From the NCBI RefSeq assembly GCF_964355755.1, contig NC_092670.1:20942795-21006794 (forward strand): 64,000 bases of DNA, read 5' to 3'. Shown here one piece after another: positions 52,022 through 64,000 of this stretch. The notes beneath the pieces were generated by a model that saw nothing but the letters and a program-made list of their open reading frames with translations, was not told where the DNA came from and searched no databases. Both the position numbers and the translations under genes were made by a program. The stretch's first letter is position 1, and every line of letters begins with the position of its first letter. The stretch is from Antedon mediterranea. Lineage: Eukaryota; Animalia; Echinodermata.

Positions 52022-52759
52022 TATTACAAGAGGCTTTGGTTAAAACAACTCAATTTAATTTTGATTACAACGCCACCATTCGTTGTTAATGTATAGTTGG
52101 GGTGGCGGGGGCGGGTGGGGGGAGTAGGGTTACAGAAAAATCGAATACATTTTTAGTTATATCGTTATTTATTGCTAATCTTGCAAAAAAAATATACAAG
52201 TATCGTACTATTATTTATTGAGCTCCACACTCCATATATATAAAATAAGCATGAATTTACATGTTTATACATTATAAAGTGTTTGTGTGAGGGGAATGAT
52301 TTAGTAATGGTATAATTTTCTATATTTCTGAATAGGCCTATACTGTACATGCTATGTAGAGGGCAGAGAATACAAAACGTTCTAACATTGTATATCTACA
52401 GACTGTGAAACACAGAATTATAAATATTAATTCATTCACAACCTTGATAATACATTAAAACGTTCTATACGCGTTGTATTTGTTCACCCTTTTTTAAACT
52501 TTGTTCTTAACTTTTTTTAAACAAAAACGTATGCCTGTAGGATATCGTGACAAGTTATCAAAATGTCGATTCTGTAGCATTTATTATGTTAGACCAATAA
52601 AATGTTTATTTTCTTGTTAACGGAGCGACGTGTCATGTCACGTGTTTACAGTGCAGCGTTTTTCAATTGCCGGCGCTGCCGGGCTCTTAGCCTGGAATAA
52701 TTTATTAATAATATTATTCTTTTAATTATATTATTTTTAATAATAATATAATTCCTTAA

Positions 52760-53092
52760 AGATATTGTCTGTCCCCCTAAAAAAACATTTTTTTTATTTT
52801 GTTGTTGTTGAATATGCAATTTTAATATCACATAATAGTTAGGCCTATTCACTTGACGAAAAACTTGATCGAAAAAAAATGTTCATGAAAAATGTATTAT
52901 AAAGCATAGCATACCTAAATTGTCTGTCAGCACGGTTTTGGGGTTAAAATTAACAGTTTCTTTGTCATTTTATAAGTGAAATAATTATTGTTGTTGATTT
53001 GTTTAAATAACTTTATTTAAACTTGAAAATGGCCTATTCAAAATCTGATTCATTAATCCTTATTTTTCATGTTTTTGGGGGACAATACATCT
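52760..53092. mobile_element. TTAA-flanked MITE family B copy
   Basis: Right end GGGGACAATACATCT-TTAA; similar ends at about 19075, 43335 and 58720. Confidence 0.55.
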
Positions 53093-53661
53093 TTAATCAC
53101 CGATCGGTAAACATTTTTCACTTTTGTTTGCAATTTAAATGTATCATTTGACTTGATTGAGGATGAATTGATAATAAGCTGCAACACTAATTATCACCTT
53201 GATTTTATAGCCTTGATTCTCGAACATTCCATCCTTTTAATGTATTCAAAGAGCAATATCATATGCAATAAAAATACTGTAGTACATATTAAAATATCAA
53301 GTAGACGACGATGGGCTGATTTTGTAAATAAAATAATGCGCAATTTTTGCATGAAACGATGTGAAACGAATCCGGCAATATTATAATGTTAATTTGCACT
53401 CACTGCAACTATAGTAATCCTCAATTCGTTATGTTTCGACCTACCTGTATGTGAATAAACAAATATAGCCTGTTATACGGCATTGGTTATTTGTTATTTT
53501 GTTTTCAGTAGACCCTACAATTATATTATAGTAGTAAGTAATAGAATCATTCAAAAACGGTGGAGAGGATGCATTCATCATTTATGCAGAAGATTGCAAT
53601 GTAGACGACGGGAACCAGTGAAGAATTAGAGGGGGTGTTTCCCTTGTTTTTTAAAATAAAT

Positions 53662-56600
53662 ATGGCGACCAAACGTCGTAATGGTGGTGGTGTTGATAGA
53701 GTTTCGAAAAAACTAGAAGCTAGCGTTGAACGAGGCGATTACTATGAAGCTCATCAAATGTATAAAACATTGTATTTCAGGTTCGTAATATCTTCGAAAT
53801 GTATAGATAGTTAAAGCCTGTAATCGGTCGAAAAAGATACTCAAAGCTTGGCCTAGGCCCGCTCTCTCGGCGGACTGTTTACTTGCCTTGTTTGGTTATG
53901 GATGTCTAGCGAACCAGGTAGACTAGCCGCGGCCGGGAGGCGGGGCCAGTCCCGACTGATCTGGAATTTGAGCTTAAGTTTTCTAGACTAGCCTAGTAAG
54001 TAGTAGGCTACTTAAATTAGGCCTACGGCGGTCTACTCATTATTGACATCCATTGACATGCATTTTTTTAATCTACGAAAATAAATACAAAATTGCAGTA
54101 AAAATTAAACAAAACTAACTAACTAGGCCCTAGTAGGCCTAGGGAACCTATATAGATAGGCCTAGCCTAGTTTTTAGGCCAATAGTATACTCTTATTAGG
54201 CGTAGCCTACCTACTATTAGTTCTCGTCAGGCCAGGCGGTAACTGTGCTATACAACCTACCTAATACCAGGCCCATTCCCTAGACTCTATCTAGGCATAG
54301 TTCAAAACTAGTTAGTAGGCCTAGTAGGCATCAATAATCACAATTTCTCCACCTAGATTGATGAATCAAAACAAGCACGCTGAAGCAATACAACTAGTTT
54401 ATGCTGGTGCAAGTCTTCTTCTTGAACACAATCAGGTACAGTATAATTATAAGCTTATTACTGTAGGTTGAATCTGTGCAATTATCATTATGGCTATGTT
54501 ATGCGCGATTTGAACGATTTGCGCAATTTGAAATTGCGCAAAAAAATCCTTGCGCAATTTGAAATTGCGCAAAGAATTCTTGCGCAATTTTAAATTGCGC
54601 AAGGATTTTTTTGCGCAATTTCAAATTGCGCAATCAACTTGCGCAATTTCAAATTGCGCAAGAAAATCTTTGCGCAATTTTAAATTGCGCTGCACAATTT
54701 GTAAATTGCGCAAGATAGTTCTTGCGCAATATGACACCTTTGCGCAATTTGAAAACGAACTGTAAATTTTCCCATACATGGCTAGGCTAGGCCTAGGCAG
54801 AGGAGTTTAAAATTTAGTATTTTATTATATAAATAAGACCATTTCAATGAAGATAATGTTTAATACTCACTTTTTAAGTTTTTAATATTAGTTTAAGCTA
54901 GGCCATGTAACCTAGTCAGTATCAGTAGTCCAGACCCTAGCTAGGCTAGAGTAGTATAGCCGGCCGCCCGCGCCGCGCCCGCCTGGTGGAACACCACCGC
55001 TTCGTTTTCCTTCGTCGGTTCTTCGACGGTATGCTAACTTATAACAATATTTGCACTACTAAAATAAGGAAATGCGATATTTATCTTTAATTTTGAATCA
55101 TTCTTAGAAATTACTATAAAAATATGGGTGTGCATGATTTCACAATCTGTCGAAAAACCTTGCGCAATTTGCAGATTACTTGCGCAATTTAATACGTTGC
55201 TTGCGCAATTTGAAACACATGTTTCAATTCAAATTGCGCAAGGATTTTTTTTGCGCAATTTCAAATTGCGCAAATCGTTCAAATCGCGCATAACAGCTAT
55301 ATACTATTCAAACAGTTGGCTGTAACAATTCATTATTCATTCATTATTGTACAGTAGAATTGGCCTGTTGGGTACAATATACTATTTTGTAGTTTTGGTT
55401 TAGATTGTGTTTTTAATGGTTCTTATTCTTATTTAGCATGTAAGTGGAGCAGATTTATGTATGCTACTAGTTGAAGCTTTTGAAGCTTCTGGAGCACCAG
55501 TCAACTCAGCTAACATAGGTAACAATGACTTAATGTACCCTACAATTAGCCCATCAGCTAACATAGGTAACAAAATGCTAAATCCACTCCAGACGTCCAA
55601 TCTAACCTTTTCTGGTTGGCCATCAAAAAAACATAATTTGTAAATTAAAACAAAATCTGGCTTATACACTGTACTACGAAATACCATTACTGTTCTTCAG
55701 TATATTAATAATAATATATAATTATTTAAAACTTTTATTCACTACAGCCAAAGTAACTGAACTATACAAGCAAGTGAGGTCAGACGTACCGGAACGAGAA
55801 CTTTTTCTAAATGCTGCCCTCAAATGGTCGGCAAAGGGTAACCCAAAAAAAGGCTGTAGTCACCCAGATCTACATCAACAGGTTGCCCTTATATTCTGGA
55901 ATGGTAAGTCTAGCTCGGGGTGGCTTACAATAAAGGTCTTTAACAAAGCCTCGGGTTGAAGAATATAAGATATTAAGAATTATTTCATTTTTCATTCAAT
56001 CGTTTATTTCGGAATCTCTGGTCCATAAAAATTAAAACCTTACTAATTACTACTACTCACACCTGAGGATGGCATTCCACCTGGAGAGCATCTTTGACTT
56101 TTATATGACGTTGCCTATAATTGTTGAGACTACAACATTTTCACTTGAATTAAGTCTACACATCAGGCCATATATCGATTTTTTTTATATCGGAATTCTA
56201 CATTCCATAAACATGAGGCTGGAACTACAATGTCGAGGCCTTTGCAACACCATTCTTAACCCAGTATTGTGTTGCCTATTATAAGTTCAAGATATATATG
56301 TACTGATATATCTATTCTGAATGCACTTTCACATTTTATTACAGAGAAATCCTATGCCTTATCCCGTTACCATTTTGTTCATTCCATGGATGGTAAGCAA
56401 TGTGCCTCAATGCTAGTTGAGTTTCATACAACTCAAGGCTACCCAAGTGAAGTAGATATGTTTATTACACAAGCTGTATTTCAGTAAGTATTTCATGGCC
56501 TTAATACCGTGAGTAAGAATGCAATTCGCATATACACTGATCACAAATTTGAGTAACACTCGAAATTCCCATTTTTTTCTGTCAATGTCTTGTATGATGC

Positions 56601-58286
56601 TAATTTACTGGTTCTGATTGGCTACATGAGAACAATCCAATTACTATGACCAGTGGCCTGGAGGTTATGAGGGCCCCCCTCAGCAGTACCAAGAGGAAAA
56701 ACCAGGCATTCAAATAATGTCATAAAAGCTGAAAACACCCACTTAGGGCTTTTAAATCAGGGGCCTCAGGAATCTGTGTTACGCCACTGACTATGACAGT
56801 TCGAGTTTTAAACAGGCATGGATGATTTGTAAGCAATAATTACAAATTTACCGTGTTTATTATGTTAATTTCTATTTAAAATGCTGTATTATGTAAACAT
56901 ATTTTGTTGTTTTTCAGGCTGTTGTGTCGCAAAAATACAACAACTGCGAATGAAACATTTCAGGTTTACACAGAGAGTCACCCCAACATTGAGAAAGGTC
57001 CACCTTTTATTTTACCCCTTCTCAATTTTCTTTGGTTTTTACTGTTAGCAATTGACAGGTACTTTTGAATTATTACTTATTTTTGGTAATTAAAATAGAG
57101 TTTCAAGTTTATTGTTTCACACAATACAATATACAATACATACATACATAAATTAATAAATATAATTGTGGGAGGAGGACACATTAAGCCAAGGCTTTAA
57201 GTTTGGTCCTCCAGATAAATAAATATATATTTAATTTAAGTGAGAGAAAAAAAAACAAATTTCATTAATTTCATTAATAAAACTACAGTTAATGGGTTAA
57301 TAAACCTTTTCCATTTATACCAAATGCTCAAGCAAAAGGCCAATTTACACAAAGGGTAACGGTAAGCGGAAAACCATGTAGCTTGTCCCACGTAGAATCT
57401 GTATCGATCCCGAGCAAAAACTGCTCGTCCGCTCCGCGATGTGAGTAAATCGTAATACGAAGGTTCGAATCCCGTTCATACAACTAAAAACACGGAACTT
57501 TCGCCGATGAGCTATGCTCGACATGATTATAAGATCATGTGCCAAATATGAGCCCTGTTTCTATAATTAGACAGTATGATTAACATATATTCTATATTTA
57601 AATTACCATTACCACTCGTCTGTGTAAATTGGCCTTAAAAAAAAAACAACAACTGAACCTGAACAAGCAAAGAGCTAAAGCAAAAAGTGCAACAGCCAGA
57701 TTGCAATATTTTCAATCAATTTATTCTAATTGCAATACACAATAGATTATTACATACATAAAATGTATACTTCATAATAATAATGTCTGTTGGCTAACAA
57801 ATGTTTTTTATATTGCAGTGGAAAATTAGTAATGTTCACTGTTCTTTGTGAAAAATACAAACCTTCATTGCAAAAGGACCCTACATACAATAGTTACCTA
57901 GACAAGATCGGACAAATATTCTTTGGTCTACCACCACCAAAACCAAGCGGGCCAGAGGGTATAATTGGTAAGTTATAGTGTAGTATGATTAGTAGTACAT
58001 GATTATGACATCACAAACCTGACCTAATTTTAAGTTAACATGATGTGGTAGAATATAGAATACCAACGTGATGTTTTGTTATTTTTACTGATTTTCAAAT
58101 AAAACGTGTTTGCATTTTGAAAGGTGCGTTTTCTGTTACAATACAATAAAGGTAAAAATCTATATTTATCTTACAGGCAACCTTGTTCAGTCACTCTTTG
58201 CAGCTGATATAGATGACAGTGATGAAGATGAAGCCATAGCAGCCAAAAAGCCTGAGGCAGAACTTTGCGGTTTAGACCTTGATTAA
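53662..58286 (+). CDS. GET4: Golgi to ER traffic protein 4 homolog
   Basis: Exons 53662-53780, 54357-54435, 55437-55518, 55748-55903, 56345-56483, 56918-57058, 57819-57967, 58177-58286; [56 protein letters not shown], acidic tail ending LDLD. Confidence 0.97.
54496..55295. mobile_element. MITE with arrays of TTGCGCAA palindromes in GET4 intron 2
   Basis: About 60-bp TIR TGTTATGCGCGATTTGAACGATTTGCGCAATTTGAAATTGCGCAAAAAAATCCTTGCGCAATTTGAA at both ends. Confidence 0.9.
56651..56789. mobile_element. Short hAT-type MITE with 8-bp TSD ACTATGAC
   Basis: ACTATGAC-CAGTGGC ... GCCACTG-ACTATGAC. Confidence 0.8.
57337..57636. mobile_element. MITE in GET4 intron 6
   Basis: AGGCCAATTTACACA / TGTGTAAATTGGCCT inverted ends. 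Confidence 0.75.
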
Positions 58287-58470
58287 TGATGTGTATCAGT
58301 CGCTGCACTGTAATGTACAATCAACCAAGCTTTCATATATTGATTTTTTTCCGTTCTTCGTTTAAAGACTATTTTTTAATAAAATTGTTTGTATTACACA
58401 ACACTCGGACTGTGTTTTTAAAAAGAAATATTTACACATTTATTGTATGTACAGTATTGTGCGATATTAA

Positions 58471-58721
58471 AGATGTATTGTCCCTCACAAACATGAATAG
58501 GTTATTTTGTAGTTTTAATAGAGTAAATCCCTTCCATAGAAAAAAAAAAATGTACTCACTTATAAAATGACAAAATAAATGTTTAAATTCAACTAAAAAC
58601 CCATTGGCTGGCAGCCAATTTGGCTATTTTTGGTCAAAGCGGATAACTATTATGTGACATTAAAATGGCATATTCAACAACAAAAAGTGTAAGAAGTATT
58701 TTTTCAGGGGAACAATACATC
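58471..58721. mobile_element. TTAA-flanked (Kolobok-like) MITE family B copy downstream of the GET4 stop
   Basis: TTAA-AGATGTATTGTCCC ... GGAACAATACATCT-TTAA. Confidence 0.75.
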
Positions 58722-59280
58722 TTTAAAACAAATAGTGGAGTAGTAAAAACCCTTTTTTAGGGTACACATTCAAGAACCAACAACCTGACACCCCCCCCCC
58801 CTCCCTTAACAGGGTCAATGTGTCTCCTGAATATTGGCTTTTGTAGTGTTAAAACACCCTCATATATCCTCTCATTCGTCTCGCGTGTTCCCTCAATAGG
58901 GGGGTTCTTTAAGAATGGTATCAATTGTACAATGTACAATTATCGGTAAGGGATTAAATACTATAGTTACATGGAGTTTTTTTTGGTATATTCTTTTTCA
59001 TGAAAAAACATATGGTCCCATAAAATTTATTAATTTGTCTTACCTACATTTATTGTATTTAAAAGAATATTCAATTTGTTTAATTTACTGTAATAGATTA
59101 AAAGAGTCATAATTTATAATGTTTACTATATTATACTAGATTCCTGATGTGTTAGTTCATGTTTAATAGAAAGAAATTAAATTAAATAAAAGCTTTACTA
59201 CATTAGATAAATTATTTTTCATTAATTTGTCAAAATTTAGGACTGTTTTGGTTCAAATCTATAGCATACTGAACATAAAG

Positions 59281-59697
59281 AAAGCTCTACACTATCAAAC
59301 TAGTTTAACAAGAAAGTGTGATGTCCCCAAATATGGTAGTGAAATGCCCAAATATGGTAGTGATATAACGGCATCACTACCACATATGGGCACATCACAG
59401 TTTTTTTGTCACATAAAGTTTGATAGTGTAGACAGAGCTTTAGAGTTGTGAAATCAGTATCTAAAAAAATCAAATTTCGCCAGCACAAACCCACCTTATA
59501 CGAACTATGCTTTGGAGTTGGAAGCTTACATTCTCAGTGAGAAAAAGCCCTAAAGCTCTGTCTACACTATCAAGCTTTACGTAACAACCAATGTAATGTG
59601 CCCATATATGGACACGATGACGATATATTATTACTACCATAATTAGGCACATCACACTTCTTGTCAAACTCGTTTGATAGTGTGTAGACAGAGATTT
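59281..59697. mobile_element. Two adjacent MITE family A copies (about 59281-59441 and 59552-59697)
   Basis: AAAGCTCT(GTCT)ACACTATCAA ... TTTGATAGTGTAGACAGAG ends. Confidence 0.8.
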
Positions 59698-60026
59698 ACT
59701 CCAAATTCAGATCAGCATTTATGGCTAACCACAATAAAAGTGTTCCTTTCCGATTCTGTCAATCTATCAGAGATCATACAAAACGCAATTCCCCTACTCA
59801 CTGTCAATCAATCTACGGTGACCTTGATGTTACACTGATTTATTAAGTGGTGTTTACCTTTTTCTATTAATTTTGTATTGAATGTTCTATATTTAACATA
59901 ATCAATTCGCATGGGTGTAGGGTTTCTCGTTTTGTATATTGCATTAATAGCTACCAGTGGGTATGTTTGCTTTAGGAGGCCTACTCATTAGTTTCTACGG
60001 AGGCATAAAGTGGCCGAATTTTTGTA

Positions 60027-61613
60027 AAGTTTGGTTCTCACTAGGACGTAAACGCAACGCAAGCGTGTTGACCAATGACAAGCGACAGTTCAAATAATTT
60101 ATCGCTTGTAAGGCTTGGTTCCCACTAGCGACGCAACGCAAGGACGTGATGCAACGTAAGTGATTTGACCAATCACAAGCGATGGATTATTCGAACAGTA
60201 GCTTGTCATTGGTCAACTCGCTTGCTTTGCGCGTACAACGTCTTTAGTGGAAACCACGCTTAATTGGTGAACTGCCTTACGTTACGTCCTTGTCTTGCGT
60301 CTCAAGCATTACCACAAAATACGTATAATATGCGTTAACTTGCCTGTAGTCTCTTTTGTGGAAACACTGGTGAAGGTTGCAGGCATATGCCTGTTTATCG
60401 TGGAATATGCGTGGCTCATGGAATACATTATCATCATTCCATATTTAATTAAGTCTGATACATTTGTTTTTATAATAAATTATTTGCGATATTTCACCTA
60501 GAGCGTCCGTAAAGTTTGTAGTTAAATTTCTCTAACGTAGTTGCAGTGATAATATATGAAATTGAATACACTCTGTTCGATATTCGTTCTAATATAAATA
60601 TATGCACATTTAACTTAATCATGCTTTTAATTAATTTGAACACGTTTCTATTAGGCCAATAATGCAAAAGGACCTTCGTGCTTCTTGACAAAGTGACGGC
60701 ACTGATGTGTTTTCATTATCAAAGCTCGGTTTCCCAGTTCGACGCAAGCGCGTACACAACACAAGTGAGTTGACCAATCACAAGCATGACGGACGGACCA
60801 TCGCGTTGTGATTGGTCAAATTACTTGTGTTGCGCTCTTACGACATTGCGTCCTGGAGGTGGGAACCAAGCTTAAGATATAATACTTAAACAAGTTATTC
60901 TTCCAGACGATAAACGTCCAAATTAAGAAGGTACCGACTAAACTTAGTTTGTTATTTATTTGTCTAAACTTGGTTCCCACTAGAACGTAACGCAAGGACG
61001 TAAACGCAACGCAAGCGTTGTAACCAATGACAAGCAAAGTTATAGACAGTTAGCAATCACAAGCGAATAAGTCATCGCTTGTGATTGGTCAATTCATTTG
61101 TGTTGCGTTACGTCCTTGCGTTGCGTCGCTAGTGGGAACCACGCTTTAGAAAGAAAAGAAAATCAAAGTTTAGGTATAAGGCCTATACTGTAATTGTTGT
61201 AGCAACTATTAAAGCTTGGTTCCCACTAGAACGTAACGCAAGGACGTAAACGCAACGCAAGTGAATTGACCAATCACAAGCGATGGCTTACTCGCTTGTG
61301 ATTGCTAACTGTCTATAACTTCGCCTGTCATTGGTTAAAACGCTTGCGTTGCGTTTACGTCCTTGCGTTACGTTCTAGTGGGAACCAAGCTTAACAATTA
61401 TTTGGTAGCAAATAGTGATTAATTAACACCAAATGAAACAAATAATGTAGAATTGATAGATATATTGCTAAACTGTTTATAATCCCCCAACATGGTGACC
61501 GCCAACAATGACGTAACACACTGATTTGACCAATCACGACGCGATGGGTGATCCAAAATGTCGTTTGAATGGTACGTACGCCATGCGTTGCGTACAAGTG
61601 GAAACCAAGTTTT
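60027..61613. mobile_element. Cluster of at least 6 copies of palindromic MITE family C (TIR AGCTTGGTTCCCACTAG, TAA/TTA-flanked)
   Basis: Copies at about 60027, 60111, 60721, 60966, 61212 (near-perfect 50-bp arms) and 61500; related remnant at about 19855-19990. Confidence 0.85.
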
Positions 61614-62812
61614 AACATCACTTTACGGAGCAGCACAGCGATGACGTACATTTCGGCTATAATTATATTTCCATCGTTTCTACAAAAACAGACGGACGAT
61701 TTCTTCAATGCAATTGCTTAAATTAATTGTAAACACACAGCTACATAAAAAATAGTTTTCGGTTATCTTTTCACTTTTATCGATTTTTAAAATAAATGTT
61801 ATTACTAGATTTTCAATCAATATAAATGGTTTTCACGTTCCCAATAATAAATTGTTTATTAATGATGTTGTAAATTGTTATTTGTCTCTAAGAAGCAAGT
61901 GTCATCATACACTTGCTCGAAGTCTGTATTCATTGTCTTTTTTATTTATTTTTTTTAATCTCGATTTTTGTTATTTGTTTTTTTAATTCTGAAATATCGA
62001 ATCTCAAGTAGTATACGTATGAAACGCCATATGTGCAAAAATATTTATCTTTTTATTAAAATTAGAACAAAACTAGTGTAATCATAATTATTATTATAAA
62101 TCATTTATTCAAATTATCAATAATTACAACGGTATACCAGTTTTTTACCATATAAAGGGTCTATCACAGTTTCGTTTTCATGAGGCTATGCGCATATCGA
62201 TTGGCGCATAGCCGCGTGTAGCGTCGTTAAAACGGAATACTGACGGCGCCGGATTTTGGATATGTATACCAAATATCGATTTATCTGCATCTGCGTCCGT
62301 CAAATTGTGTCTCTTGTGTAAACAGCCAATCATCGCCGAGTGTGTTATATAAAATTGATGGAGGACCGATTGAAGTGCTGTGTTAAAATCAATATCACTG
62401 CGCGCTCTTTAGGCCTAAGTATATTAATGCAGTTAAAATGCAAATAGTTGACACTCAACTTAATCAAACTCAATTTTTAATAGTTTAACTTAACTTTAAC
62501 GTGGCCTTCGGTTCACTGATTGAAATGTGTAATTTTCAATTCAATATTTTTGATTGGATCGTATTAGGCTCTATAAAACAATTTTAAGCTGAAGTTATTA
62601 CACCTTGAGAAAATGACAAAAAAATCTCTCGACGGTTTCGCGTGCGTGTTCGATGTCGACATTATGTGGTAAGTGGTAGCTTGTGTTTGTCAGAGTTGTC
62701 GCCCGCGTGTTTGTCCTGTGCACAATTAGAAAGAAGTCATCATTGTCGGTCTGTTTTACTCGTTATCTTTTTTTTTGTGGTATAGTCAAAAGGTTTTCTC
62801 GTTTTTTTGCGT

Positions 62813-62976
62813 TAAGCTCTGTCTACACTCTATCACACTTTATGTGGCAACCAAATTTGATGTGCCCAATGGACGATGATGATGTCATATCACTGCCATA
62901 TTTGGGCATATCACTGCCATATGGGCAAATCACACTTGTTTTTGTCAAACTAGTTTGATGGTGTAGACGGATCTTA
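62813..62976. mobile_element. MITE family A copy
   Basis: AAGCTCTGTCTACACT ... GGTGTAGACGGATCTT. Confidence 0.75.
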
Positions 62977-63142
62977 AACTACCACTTTTTTCATTTCATC
63001 ATATCATAATAAATACATCATCCTTTTTTATATTGTTATTTTCGTTCTTATATTATATATATATATATTTTTTTTTTTCAGTAAGTGGTTGGATCATTAC
63101 AATTTGATGAATAAGTTACTTAGTTTGATTTGTGAAAACTGA

Positions 63143-63220
63143 ATCACCAGTAGGCCTATCACCAGTAGGCCTATCACCAGTAGGCCTATCACCAGTAGGC
63201 CTATCACCAGTAGGCCTATC
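63143..63220. repeat. 15-bp tandem repeat (ATCACCAGTAGGCCT)x5
   Basis: Perfect tandem copies. Confidence 0.95.
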
Positions 63221-63737
63221 AAATAACACAAAGAGAATGTTTCTATAATGTATTTACAATCCTTTTAATAATTTAATGTTAAACTTTAAAACGACTAAAG
63301 AAAGCAAGGTAATGGACATAAACGTGACGTCAACACGTACGTAGGCCTAATTGTCCTTCTTCTTCTTCCTGTGGCATGCTTCATTAATGCCAGGCACCAT
63401 TATAATGAGAGGCACACAGTTGACGTATGCGTACACACGTTCTTGATGACTCCTTGACGACTACAACTTTTTTTTAAAGTTACATAAAATAATCGTAATT
63501 ATTCTTATGGAACCGAAATCCAAGCATACATTTTCAATTATATTATTTATAGCAACACCATGGCAATCTGTTATAGCAATCTGTCAGATTGCCTTGCAAT
63601 CTGTCAGATTGCCTTGGTGCTAATATTGACGTTACTAAACAATGCTTTTCTAGAATAAATTGCAATCTGCTCAGAGCTGCCATTGTTTTCTATTAAAGGC
63701 GGTAAGAAGATCACTCAGGTCCTACTGTAATTCCTCG

Positions 63738-64000
63738 TCACTTCCACTTGATACATTTTACCATAGCAATCCGGACCTTTTTATTAGTTATGGCGTAAAG
63801 TATGGGATTGAACACGGAATCTGCATACATAATCAAATGTATCCACTTCCAGTGTCTTCTGTCTTCAAACACCATCGTAAAATTTTTCATAACTCCAGTT
63901 ATCCCCAACGGGGCCCAACAAACTAAGAACGTTGATAGTATCACGCCCATCATAATCGCTGGTTTAATGTATCTTCGCTTGAAGTCTACATGTGTCGATG
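63738..64000 (-). CDS. Rhodopsin-family (class A) GPCR, TM6-TM7-helix 8, partial; continues beyond the window
   Basis: Open frame from the window edge: KPAIMMGVILSTFLVCWAP (CWxP) and YADSVFNPILYAITNKKVR (NPxxY plus helix 8). Confidence 0.9.
   Translation of the reverse strand, partial: STHVDFKRRYIKPAIMMGVILSTFLVCWAPLGITGVMKNFTMVFEDRRHWKWIHLIMYADSVFNPILYAITNKKVRIAMVKCIKWK

Noticed and set aside
54550-54765. LRNFKLRK repeat ORF
   Set aside because: Translation of MITE TTGCGCAA repeats

Overview
AT-rich, intron-rich animal genomic DNA; the gene set and repeat types suggest a marine invertebrate, possibly an echinoderm (inference only). Hand-spliced genes, left to right: a 7-coding-exon WD40 gene (-), two tandem hydroxyacid oxidase paralogs ending in PTS1 SRL (-), LUC7L3 (-) head-to-head with ANKRD40 (+), a type I membrane protein with three 8-Cys modules resembling the Grindelwald TNF-receptor domain (+), GET4 (+), and the 3' end of a class A GPCR (-). 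Introns and intergenic DNA hold a truncated LINE, a Penelope-like 3' end with a minimal hammerhead ribozyme, a stand-alone ORF resembling a Penelope N-terminus, a Helitron-like element, SINE/tRNA-like pieces, nested MITEs and minisatellites. Best leads: the Grindelwald-like receptor with upstream kB sites, the hammerhead and orphan PLE ORF, a 5' splice-site cluster after the LUC7L3 stop, and divergence between the HAO paralogs. All family calls are motif recognition from memory; no search was run.
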